DNA of 18,718 bases from a virus, in the UHGV virus genome UHGV-0133874; one strand, 5' to 3'. The position numbers and the translations under genes were made by a program. Below are positions 8,526 through 16,612 of the stretch, one piece after another (the stretch's first letter is position 1; every line of letters starts with the position of its first letter). The notes under the pieces were generated by a model. It was not told the DNA's origin. It saw only the letters and a list, made by a program, of their open reading frames with translations, and made no database searches.

Positions 8526-9644
8526 ATGTATCTTTTCAAGTATTACCGTCCGGACTTCTTCTTCGAGAAAGCTATTCGTTATAATGAATTATATTTTTCC
8601 GCTCCTGCGCAATTGAATGATCCTAATGATCTCAATATAGATTATCGTTTTGATAATAAATTGAAATTATGGGATATTTTATTGCGTTCTCCTTGCGATA
8701 AATCCTATGAAAATTTGAGTCACATATTAGATTTGAGTAATTTGAAGATACATAAGGGATTGAATCGTATTTTTAGAGGAAAAAAAATAAAAAGTAGCAT
8801 TGAGTCATTAGATAGCCTGTTTGACTCACACGTTGATGAGATACGTAAGATCATAAATGATGGTTTACTACCTATCAATGTGATTAATTCCGCTATTTAT
8901 GGGAATATTCCTGAACCACGCCAATTTTTGGTCTCACTTTGCGAGAACAGTATCAAAGAAAGGTTGTATAGGAAAATAGTTCCTGCAGTATTCAGTGTGT
9001 CATTTTCAGCTAATGCGTTAGATCGTATGATGTGGGCGCATTATGCTGCAGGCTTTAGTGGTTGTGTTGTGATTTATGAAACGCAGGATTTTAATATTAA
9101 TGGCGTGCCACATCCTGGAATGAAGCTAAGAGAAAATTTATTTTCATCAGATAAATTTAATTTTCCAGTTAAGCAAATAAAATATAGTAATCAGGCTAAA
9201 GAGGTTTCACTTCTAGACCCAAGCGCAAATGTTGCAGAGTTATTTTTAACTAAAAATAGATTTTGGAGATATGAAGCTGAATATCGAATGTTTATTCCAG
9301 AGGCAAATGCAGGAATAGGGAGTGAGCGGCATGTTCAAAGACGCGTAAATCGAAATATTGGACATATTTTTCATCATGATGCTAATGTTGTTAAAGGGAT
9401 CATTTTTGGTCCTAGAATGTGTGAAATGAAAAAAGAAAGCATATGGAATTGTATCAAGTCAAATATGGAGAATTCAAATTCAACAATATGTTATTTTTTT
9501 GACTCTGAGTTATCAGCATCAGGAAAGATTACTATTTCAAAAGGGCAACGAGCGGAAAAAATGAAAAATTTCCCTTTGTTCAGGAACAAGTTAAGTCAGA
9601 CGGAAATGGCTAAAGTTTTGAAGGAAATTGGCATTACGAACTAA
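8526..9644 (+). CDS. DUF2971-like protein (372 aa), function unknown; candidate accessory/defence gene
   Basis: N-terminal pattern FKYYRPDFF...NELYFSAPAQLNDPND and central MWAHYAAGFSGCVVIYE resemble what I recall of the DUF2971 signature; gene is markedly AT-rich versus the phage backbone and sits alone between tum and cos. Confidence 0.6.
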   Translation: MYLFKYYRPDFFFEKAIRYNELYFSAPAQLNDPNDLNIDYRFDNKLKLWDILLRSPCDKSYENLSHILDLSNLKIHKGLNRIFRGKKIKSSIESLDSLFDSHVDEIRKIINDGLLPINVINSAIYGNIPEPRQFLVSLCENSIKERLYRKIVPAVFSVSFSANALDRMMWAHYAAGFSGCVVIYETQDFNINGVPHPGMKLRENLFSSDKFNFPVKQIKYSNQAKEVSLLDPSANVAELFLTKNRFWRYEAEYRMFIPEANAGIGSERHVQRRVNRNIGHIFHHDANVVKGIIFGPRMCEMKKESIWNCIKSNMENSNSTICYFFDSELSASGKITISKGQRAEKMKNFPLFRNKLSQTEMAKVLKEIGITN

Positions 9645-9710
9645 CCTAACAACAGTGCATGCCTATGCTGCCTGAATTTGCATGACCGTTTGAGGATCGT
9701 TTTTGCTAAG

Positions 9711-9735
9711 GCCCGCCAGAACTGGCGGGCTTTTG
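9711..9735 (+). terminator. Rho-independent terminator after the DUF2971-like gene
   Basis: GCCCGCCAG-aa-CTGGCGGGC perfect 9-bp GC-rich stem followed by TTTTG. Confidence 0.7.
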
Positions 9736-9779
9736 CGTGGATCAGGCACCTGCATGAAAACCACTACACAAAGCGGGCA

Positions 9780-9798
9780 GGCGTGGCGGGGATACGAG
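9780..9798. other. Candidate cos cohesive-end sequence (GGCGTGGCGGGGATACGAG)
   Basis: First 13 nt match the 186/P2 cohesive-end sequence as I recall it (186 GGCGTGGCGGGGAAAGCAT); lies between the replication/tum arm and the portal gene, where cos sits in 186. Confidence 0.35.
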
Positions 9799-9900
9799 CG
9801 CGCGCTAACTCATAAATCCTAGATTATTAGTGGATTTATCTCATTGAAATGTGCACTATTCCCAGCATTGAGTTGTACCAGATGTCTTTATGGAGGGACT

Positions 9901-11667
9901 GTGGCTTTTGTAACTGATATTCGGCTTGAAGATAATGCTATTGCTGCACCTGCGACAGCACAGGTTATGGCTCAGAGGCTAGGATCTGTATTACGTAAGA
10001 GATATGAAGAATTCATCCATAAAAGAGAGTGTGCACCAGGCCAAGCAGACTATGATGTAAAAATGGCTAGCAGGGCTTTAGCTGCATTCACTATGTATCA
10101 GTTAGGATGTGTGGATGATAAGTATGCAGGGGAGTCTGTATGTGATAGTAGTGAAGATGGTGGTATAGATGGAATAGCAATCAACCATAACGAAAAAATC
10201 GTTGTTGTTGTTCAATCAAAATTTCACCAATCGGGAAACGGCACTTGGACAAGAGCCGATTTTATGTGTTTTAAGGATGCTTGTGAGAAGCTACAAAGTG
10301 AAAGATACGAATTATTTGATTCCATATTGCAAAATAAAAGCGGGGAAATAAGTGCGGCTTTAAGTAGTTTTGAATACAAGTTCATCTTTGCGATGGCGCA
10401 TACAGGTAAAAAAGGTGCTGCAGAGGAAATATTAAATGATATGCGGGAATGGCAATATCAATTAAACGCTGCAGCTTTTACACCTGAGGATGAGCCTAAA
10501 GAGAACTGGGGATTTCAGGTTCATTTAATATCCTCTGAAGATATGATGCATTGGTTACAGAATGGCTCTCGAAATCAAATTGATCTTAACAGGGTTGAAA
10601 TTGAGCGTTTTGGATTTTTGAATGAACCATATCAAGCTTTTTACGGGGCTATTAGTGGTGATCAAGTTGCAGAATGGTGGGAAGAGCATGGTGCTCGATT
10701 ATTTACAAAAAACATAAGGAATATGCTTGGTAAAACAGAAGTGAATGAGGAAATAAAAAAGACAGCTATAGATAATCCTGATATGTTTTGGTTTTATAAT
10801 AATGGGATTACTGTACTGGTTAAGGAAGTTGTTCCTCATAGACGAAACGCAGCTCCTAATATAGAGAGAGGGATTTTTGATTTTCGTGATGTAAGTGTCA
10901 TTAATGGTGCACAAACAGTCAGTAGTATTGGCGCATGTAAAGATGCACTTGGTGAAAACATATATAGACTCAAAGTGCCAGCTAGATTCATTGTTATAGA
11001 TGATGATACTGATAATTTAACTGCAAATGCAATTACAAAAGCTAACAATTTCCAAAATAGAGTATTGGGAAGAGATTTTGCATCGCAGCAGGCAGATCAA
11101 CATAGATTGGCAAGGGAGTTAGTGCTTGAAGGATATCAATATCAGTTACTAAGAACAGATGAAGATCATTCACAGACAAATACGAAAGTCATTGACTTGG
11201 ATGAGGCGCTCAATGCACTCGCATGTTTAAGTAAAAATAATACGGTTGTATCGACACTAAAATCAAATCGCGGTAGGTTTTTTGAAAATTTTGAAGGCTC
11301 TCTATATAAAACTATTTTCAATCCAAGATTAAGTGGTTTAAAACTTATCAATACTGTTCTACATTTTAGAGTTATAGATAAGTTGATCGGTAAAACATTA
11401 CTATCAGTAGATAAAACGACCCATAGTCGCAAGCATTTAATTATTACGCATGGTAATAGATACTATGCGTCTGTACTATTGAGCAACGTTTCTGGGATAC
11501 ATAATAGCTCAGAAATTCTTGTTCCAGATGAAAAAAATCTTTCCGAAGAATTAAGTGCATTAATTCAACGTGCTGAAGAGTACATTGAAGATAATTACCC
11601 GAATGCCTATCCGGCAAGATTTTTTGCAAATCCAACGAAAATACAAGAGTTATACGATAATGTTTAA
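9901..11667 (+). CDS. Protein with N-terminal Mrr-like PD-(D/E)xK nuclease motif and AIPR-like C-terminal region (abortive-infection-type); candidate anti-phage effector
   Basis: Open frame 9844-11667 (607 aa from TTG 9844; 588 aa from GTG 9901 with GGAGGG 3 nt upstream; ATG at 9967 also in frame). DGGIDGIAI...KIVVVVQSKF resembles the Mrr catalytic D...(Q/E)xK motif; WFYNNGITVL and INGAQT resemble AIPR-family motifs as I recall them; AT-rich. Confidence 0.75.
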   Translation: MAFVTDIRLEDNAIAAPATAQVMAQRLGSVLRKRYEEFIHKRECAPGQADYDVKMASRALAAFTMYQLGCVDDKYAGESVCDSSEDGGIDGIAINHNEKIVVVVQSKFHQSGNGTWTRADFMCFKDACEKLQSERYELFDSILQNKSGEISAALSSFEYKFIFAMAHTGKKGAAEEILNDMREWQYQLNAAAFTPEDEPKENWGFQVHLISSEDMMHWLQNGSRNQIDLNRVEIERFGFLNEPYQAFYGAISGDQVAEWWEEHGARLFTKNIRNMLGKTEVNEEIKKTAIDNPDMFWFYNNGITVLVKEVVPHRRNAAPNIERGIFDFRDVSVINGAQTVSSIGACKDALGENIYRLKVPARFIVIDDDTDNLTANAITKANNFQNRVLGRDFASQQADQHRLARELVLEGYQYQLLRTDEDHSQTNTKVIDLDEALNALACLSKNNTVVSTLKSNRGRFFENFEGSLYKTIFNPRLSGLKLINTVLHFRVIDKLIGKTLLSVDKTTHSRKHLIITHGNRYYASVLLSNVSGIHNSSEILVPDEKNLSEELSALIQRAEEYIEDNYPNAYPARFFANPTKIQELYDNV

Positions 11668-11670
11668 ACT

Positions 11671-11697
11671 AAAGGGAGGTTGCCTCCCTTTTTTTTA
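11671..11697. terminator. Bidirectional rho-independent terminator between the AIPR-like gene (+) and portal gene Q (-)
   Basis: AAAGGGAGG-ttg-CCTCCCTTT hairpin flanked by a T-run on the plus strand and an A/T-rich tract on the minus strand. Confidence 0.7.
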
Positions 11698-11698
11698 A

Positions 11699-12727
11699 TT
11701 AGAAATGGTATTCTTGGAATTCAATAACACCTTCTTCTATGAAATTGTTTATTTCTTGTAATCTTTTTTGCAATGGCAATAATTCATTACGTACAAATAC
11801 TTTACTCGCCTTCTCTACATCTCCAAAGCCCCCAACATTATTAGGCATTATCCCCATCATTTGCGGCGGCACACGGTGTGCCGCCATCATGTCGTCCCGA
11901 CTCACGTTCTTGATATTCAGAAACTCATCCTTCGCCGCGACTTCTGACAACGGGATAATCTGAAGCCCGTCCTTTTTGCCGTTAGGAGAGTACATAAACA
12001 GGTTGCGGAAGTTGCCTGGCCCTTTGGCGCTTTTCATTGCGTTGCGGAGGTTGTTCACATCTTCTTGGTTCTGCGCGGCATCGGTCATGTACATGATGAA
12101 ACCTGCATGGCTGCCGTTGATGTAATACTTACGGCGGAACAGTGTGGCGGACTCGTTGAGCAGGGCTGACGGGATGGCAGAAAGATAACCTGGCAGGCCG
12201 TAGATCTCCTGGTTGATGTCCGGTTCCATCAGATGAAAAATGCTGCCTTTCGTGAACTGATACGGCTGGGCTGTCATACCGTATTGCACAAACCAGTAGG
12301 TATCCAGGTCTAATCCGCGTCGGGTGTATTTTGCCAAAGCTGGCTCAAGGGCGATAACTTCACCAAAGCGGTTCGTGCGTTTCTCCAGGTAGGCGTTACC
12401 AAATACCAGATAGTCCTGCACAAAACGCGAAAAAGCCTGCTGGCTAAGCAGCGGATGAGGGATATAGGTACTGGTCAGAATGTTGCACTTTACTGCAATC
12501 GGGGAACTGTGATGCACGGCGGCGCGGAAGGTGCGCGCCAGTCCATTAAAGCTGACGGGCGGCTCATACCAGCGATCCATCTGTACGCATTCCACATAGT
12601 CCAGCAGTTCGCGGCGGTCCAGCACGGGGATGGGATCACCAAAGCTGAAAGCCTCAGCCGTTGGGCCGTTGCTTGGTTTTGTGTCGTGATCAACTGTTAC
12701 CTGCTTGGTGTTTTTACGTTTGCTCAT
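11699..12727 (-). CDS. Q: Portal protein (P2 gpQ / 186 W family)
   Basis: 342 aa, position immediately downstream of the terminase genes on the minus strand; P2 Q is about the same length. Confidence 0.9.
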   Translation of the reverse strand: MSKRKNTKQVTVDHDTKPSNGPTAEAFSFGDPIPVLDRRELLDYVECVQMDRWYEPPVSFNGLARTFRAAVHHSSPIAVKCNILTSTYIPHPLLSQQAFSRFVQDYLVFGNAYLEKRTNRFGEVIALEPALAKYTRRGLDLDTYWFVQYGMTAQPYQFTKGSIFHLMEPDINQEIYGLPGYLSAIPSALLNESATLFRRKYYINGSHAGFIMYMTDAAQNQEDVNNLRNAMKSAKGPGNFRNLFMYSPNGKKDGLQIIPLSEVAAKDEFLNIKNVSRDDMMAAHRVPPQMMGIMPNNVGGFGDVEKASKVFVRNELLPLQKRLQEINNFIEEGVIEFQEYHF

Positions 12728-13431
12728 TCTGCCAGTTCCTTGCTAGCGAGAGGCCATTCGCACATAAACAGCATTTTCCAGTCCTTTTCTGATAATTCTT
12801 TTTTCATATCGTTCAGCCAGTTATCAGTAAACAACATTGCTCCAGATGCTGCTGCGTCATCTGCGGTGAACACCATGCTGGTTACGCTGTTGTTTCTGCA
12901 TAGCTTTTTATATTCCTGCCGTGCCTCTGGGTTAGGGCTGGGAGTGGTGTAGTAGGTGGCGTGGTAGTGTGCGTGCATAGAAATCCCTTTAGCGATGGCA
13001 ATCATATTTCTCGGTGATTCACTCCAGGCATACTCTGACACGTAAACATTTCCACTGAGTGCGGAGGTGAGACTGCTGAGGTCGGTAAAATAAATTACTG
13101 CACCATTCGGAAGCTCCAGATGACTTTTGCCTGATTTTATTTTTCCAGTGTGCGTATAAGCTGCGGCCTGGCTTAAGAATGCTGATACACAGGCTTTGAT
13201 TGCCTGCGCAGATGCTGTGCTGCAGCAGAGGAAAATCTGGTTACGCCCGGTATGCAGTGCATCGTTCAGGGCTTCATAGGAAAAAAAGAAATCCGCGCCT
13301 GCCTGGCGCATTTTTGTGAGTACACGGTTTCTACTCTTTGGGCCAGTGTTCCACTCATACTGGTAAGCAAAGAAAAAGCTATCCACCGGAAGTCCCGCGA
13401 TAGTCATGAGGTTAGTTGGGATTGGGGGCAT
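12724..13431 (-). CDS. Terminase large-subunit ATPase-domain paralog (235 aa), lacking the N-terminal and nuclease domains, with degenerate Walker motifs
   Basis: Aligns by eye to residues ~140-380 of the adjacent P protein (ALNDALHTGRNQIFL vs ALIDALLTGRNQIFL; ELPNGAVIYF vs VLPNGATLYF; TYYTTPS vs TYFSTPS; MLFMCEW vs NLLMCEF); Walker A RQIGAT is RQAGAD and Walker B LYLDEY is VYVSEY; start/stop overlaps with P (TGATG) and Q (ATGA). Confidence 0.7.
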   Translation of the reverse strand: MPPIPTNLMTIAGLPVDSFFFAYQYEWNTGPKSRNRVLTKMRQAGADFFFSYEALNDALHTGRNQIFLCCSTASAQAIKACVSAFLSQAAAYTHTGKIKSGKSHLELPNGAVIYFTDLSSLTSALSGNVYVSEYAWSESPRNMIAIAKGISMHAHYHATYYTTPSPNPEARQEYKKLCRNNSVTSMVFTADDAAASGAMLFTDNWLNDMKKELSEKDWKMLFMCEWPLASKELAE

Positions 13432-15197
13432 CAAAAAATCTCCACAATATTGCTGGTATTGGCGGATTCGCCCTGCAGCGGTTCGTTAAACAGTGCGTGC
13501 ATCGTTGCCCAGGCCAGATCGGCGTGGCTGGCTTCTTCGCTGCGGCTGGCTTCATAGGTTGGGCGGTTGCCGCTCGCGGTGGTGGCGCGACGGATTGCCA
13601 TGAATGACTGCGCTATGTCGGTGTGTCCGGCGTCAAACTCCAGACGGCGGTGGCTGATAATGTCGTAGGCCTTGAGTACCAGGGCGTTTTTAACATTGGG
13701 GTTATAGACAAACTCCCGGACGGCTGGAAAAAACGCTTTCACGTTCTCGTAAACCCCGTGGCCGACACCTGTCGAGTCGATGCCGATGTAGGTCACGTTG
13801 TACTGCTCGGTCAGTTTTTTGATGGCGTCAGCCTGGGCGCGGAAGTCCATCCCACGCCACTGGTGACGCTCAAGAATGCGGAACTTACCACCAGGCACGG
13901 CTGGCGGTGCCACCACTACGCATCCGGCGCTGTCGCCGTTTTGCGTACCTTTTGCCGGGTCATAACCGATCCACACTTCGCGCCAGCCAAACGGGCGCAG
14001 AGCCAGTGCATGAAAGTCGGTCCAGACTTCCCAGCTGTCCACCATGCACGCCTGCAGCTCGCTGAGCGGGAACACGGACGCGAGATCGTCCACAAACTCG
14101 CACATCAGCAGGTTCTGGTATTCGTCCGGGCTGTACTCCATGCGCAACTGGTCAAGGTCGAACAGGTTACAGCCGCCGCGCACCGCATCTTCCACGGTGA
14201 CTATCTGGCGGTATTGCCCGTCTGCGCACAGCAGGCCGGGGGCCAGATTGCTGTGGGACAGGTCGATGTCCACCTTGTCGGCCTTGTTGCGCCCACGGTT
14301 GAACAGCGCACCGGACCAGAACGGATAAGCACTGTGTGTCAGGCTGGATGGCGTGGAAAAATAGGTTTGTCGCCATTTTTTGTGAATAGCCATACCGGAA
14401 GCCACTTTGCGCAGCTCCTGGAATTTCGGTATCCAGAAATATTCATCCAGATACAGGTTGCCGTGATAACTCTGGGCCGTGCGGGCATTGGTGCCGAGGA
14501 AGTAAAGCGTGGCTCCGTTAGGAAGCACCATCGGATCGCCTTTCAGCTCCACCTCGACTTCTTTGGCGAAGTCTATGATGTACTGCTTAAAGACGTGAGC
14601 CTGTGCCTTACTGGCAGAAAGGAAAATCTGGTTACGTCCGGTAAGCAGGGCGTCAATCAGGGCTTCACGGGCAAAGTAAAAGGTCGCGCCGATCTGGCGT
14701 GACTTCAGCAGGTTGCGGATGCGGTTGGTTTTTCCGGCTTCCCACCAGTGGCGCTGGTAGTTGAACATGGAGGAATGGAAAATTTCTTCCAGCTTCTCAA
14801 TCTGTTCATCGGTGAAAACATTCTTTTCCGGCTGACGGCGCGGGCCTTTGTTGCGGTTGGCGACGTTAGGGTTTAAGTCGGCTTCGTTACCGCCATTGTT
14901 AAACTTGCCGATCCGCGCGTGGCGCTCCGACTGGCGCGCCAGCAGGTCAATTTCTTTGAAATCTTTCCCTTCTTTGTGCTCCTTCATAATGAGCTGGCAG
15001 TAGCGTGCGGCGGTGGTGAGCTGCATCTGATCCAGCGGCCCATAGTCACCCCACTTGTCGCGTTTTTTCCAGCTGTGAACGGTTGCAACTTTCTCGCCCA
15101 GCATTTCAGCAATGCGGGCTACGCGGTATCCCTGAAAGTACAGCAGCATGGCCTGCCGACGGGGATCGAGATCTGCGGGTGTCAGTGTGGTGTTCAT
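13431..15197 (-). CDS. P: Terminase large subunit (P2 gpP family), ATPase plus nuclease domains
   Basis: 588 aa; Walker A-like KSRQIGAT, Walker B LYLDEYFW, C-terminal nuclease-type segment IGIDSTGVGHGVYE; P2 P is ~590 aa. Confidence 0.9.
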   Translation of the reverse strand: MNTTLTPADLDPRRQAMLLYFQGYRVARIAEMLGEKVATVHSWKKRDKWGDYGPLDQMQLTTAARYCQLIMKEHKEGKDFKEIDLLARQSERHARIGKFNNGGNEADLNPNVANRNKGPRRQPEKNVFTDEQIEKLEEIFHSSMFNYQRHWWEAGKTNRIRNLLKSRQIGATFYFAREALIDALLTGRNQIFLSASKAQAHVFKQYIIDFAKEVEVELKGDPMVLPNGATLYFLGTNARTAQSYHGNLYLDEYFWIPKFQELRKVASGMAIHKKWRQTYFSTPSSLTHSAYPFWSGALFNRGRNKADKVDIDLSHSNLAPGLLCADGQYRQIVTVEDAVRGGCNLFDLDQLRMEYSPDEYQNLLMCEFVDDLASVFPLSELQACMVDSWEVWTDFHALALRPFGWREVWIGYDPAKGTQNGDSAGCVVVAPPAVPGGKFRILERHQWRGMDFRAQADAIKKLTEQYNVTYIGIDSTGVGHGVYENVKAFFPAVREFVYNPNVKNALVLKAYDIISHRRLEFDAGHTDIAQSFMAIRRATTASGNRPTYEASRSEEASHADLAWATMHALFNEPLQGESANTSNIVEIF

Positions 15198-15243
15198 GGC
15201 ACAAACCTACAGCCTTGAATGAAGGCTTTCCCCGCCTGCGGTT

Positions 15244-15261
15244 TGTGTGGTTGTCGGTACA
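15244..15261. promoter_or_regulatory. Ogr/Delta-type activator binding dyad (TGT-N12-ACA) in the divergent late promoter region between P and O
   Basis: TGTGTGGTTGTCGGTACA fits the P2-family late-promoter element; centred ~87 nt upstream of the O start codon and ~55 nt from the P start codon. Confidence 0.4.
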
Positions 15262-15339
15262 AATACCGCGCATTGTTTCACTGCCCCCATCACCGCAACC
15301 ATAAGGCTCCAGTAAGTTTTTTCTAACGGAGCACGGCTC

Positions 15340-15679
15340 ATGACAGTGAAAGCAAAGCGTTTTCGCATCGGGGTGGAAGGTGCCACCACCGACGGACGCG
15401 AAATCCAGCGTGAATGGCTGGAACAGATGGCAGCCAGCTACAACCCGGCGGTGTATACCGCGCTGATTAACCTTGAGCACATCAAGTCTTATCTGCCGGA
15501 CAGCACCTTTAACCGCTACGGCAAGGTGACGGCGCTGTTTGCTGAAGAAATCACGGAAGGTCCGCTGGCAGGCAAGATGGCGCTGTATGCCGACGTTGAG
15601 CCAACGGAGTCCCTGGTGGAACTGGTGAAAAAAGGCCAGAAATTATTCACCTCTATGGAAGTCAGCCCGAAGTTCGCTG
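15340..15679 (+). pseudogene. O: Capsid scaffold gene O, N-terminal ~110 codons only (truncated by an internal deletion)
   Basis: MTVKAKRFRIGVEGATTDGREIQ...INLEHIKSYLPDSTFNRYGKV...LFTSMEVSPKFAD matches the P2 gpO N-terminus as recalled; after ~15680 the frame reads through tape-measure sequence out of frame to a stop at 15855. Confidence 0.65.
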
Positions 15680-16612
15680 ATATCTGGTCTGTTAGGTGCT
15701 CTGCTCAGTCCGATAGGTCTTGTGGTTACTGCACTGGCGGGCGTGGCGCTGGTTGTCTGGAAATACTGGCAACCCATCACCGCATTTCTCGGTGGCGTGG
15801 TGGAAGGATTCAAAGCGGCGGCAGGTCCCATCAGTGCAGCGTTCGAACCGCTTAAGCCCGTGTTCCAGTGGATTGGCGACAAAGTGCAGGCGCTGTGGGG
15901 CTGGTTTACTGATCTGCTGACGCCCGTTAAGTCGACCTCTGCCGAACTGCAGAGCGCAGCGGCAATGGGGCGGCGATTCGGGGAGGCACTGGCGGAAGGG
16001 CTGAATATGGTCATGCATCCGCTGGACTCCCTGAAATCCGGCGTTTCCTGGTTGCTGGAGAAGCTCGGCATTGTCAGTAAAGAGGCAGCAAAGGCAAAAC
16101 TGCCGGAAAGCGTGACGCGTCAGCAACCTGCGACGGTGAATGCAGACGGTAAAGTGATGATGCCATCGGGTGGTTTTCCATCATGGGGATATGGCTTTGC
16201 GGGGATGTATGACAGCGGCGGGTATATCCCGCGCGGGCAGTTTGGCATCGTCGGTGAAAACGGGCCGGAAATTGTTAACGGCCCGGCAAATGTGACCAGC
16301 CGGAGAAATACAGCTGCACTGGCTGCCGTTGTTGCCGGAATGATGGGCGTTGCTGCCGCGCCAGCAGAGCTTCCACCGTTGCACCCTTTGGCACTTCCCG
16401 CGAAAGGTGGAGAAGCAATTGTGAGTCGCGCAGCCACTGTGCCGCTCGTTCAACGGATTGAGGCACCGACGCAGATCATCATTCAGACGCAGCCAGGACA
16501 AAGTGCGCAGGATATTGCGCGGGAGGTGGCACGCCAGCTTGATGAACGTGAACGCAGGCTGAAGGCAAAAGCCAGGAGTAACTACAGCGATCAGGGGGGA
16601 TACGACGCATGA
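15680..16612 (+). pseudogene. T: Tail tape-measure gene T, C-terminal ~300 codons only (5' portion deleted)
   Basis: Hydrophobic segment (GLLGALLSPIGLVVTALAGVALVV) and C-terminal GQFGIVGENGPEIVNGPANV typical of tape-measure C-termini; in the +1 frame relative to the O remnant, with an upstream in-frame stop at 15626-15628; followed by U and D as in P2. Confidence 0.65.

Noticed and set aside
10699-11635. Several 63-88 aa minus-strand ORFs
   Set aside because: Embedded antisense in the AT-rich AIPR-like gene; Ile/Lys/Phe-rich translations with no RBS, typical of AT-rich shadow frames.
13623-14702. 359-aa ORF on the plus strand
   Set aside because: Lies entirely antisense to the terminase large-subunit gene, whose product is clearly recognisable; a long open antisense frame in GC-richer coding DNA, with no RBS or recognisable protein features.
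15106-16501. Minus-strand ORFs of 105-144 aa across the O/T remnant region, and the 296-aa ORF call starting at GTG 15722
   Set aside because: Minus-strand ORFs are antisense to the scaffold and tape-measure remnants. The 15722 start is an artefact of the ORF caller: the frame is open upstream to about 15629 and is a C-terminal gene fragment, not a gene with its own start.
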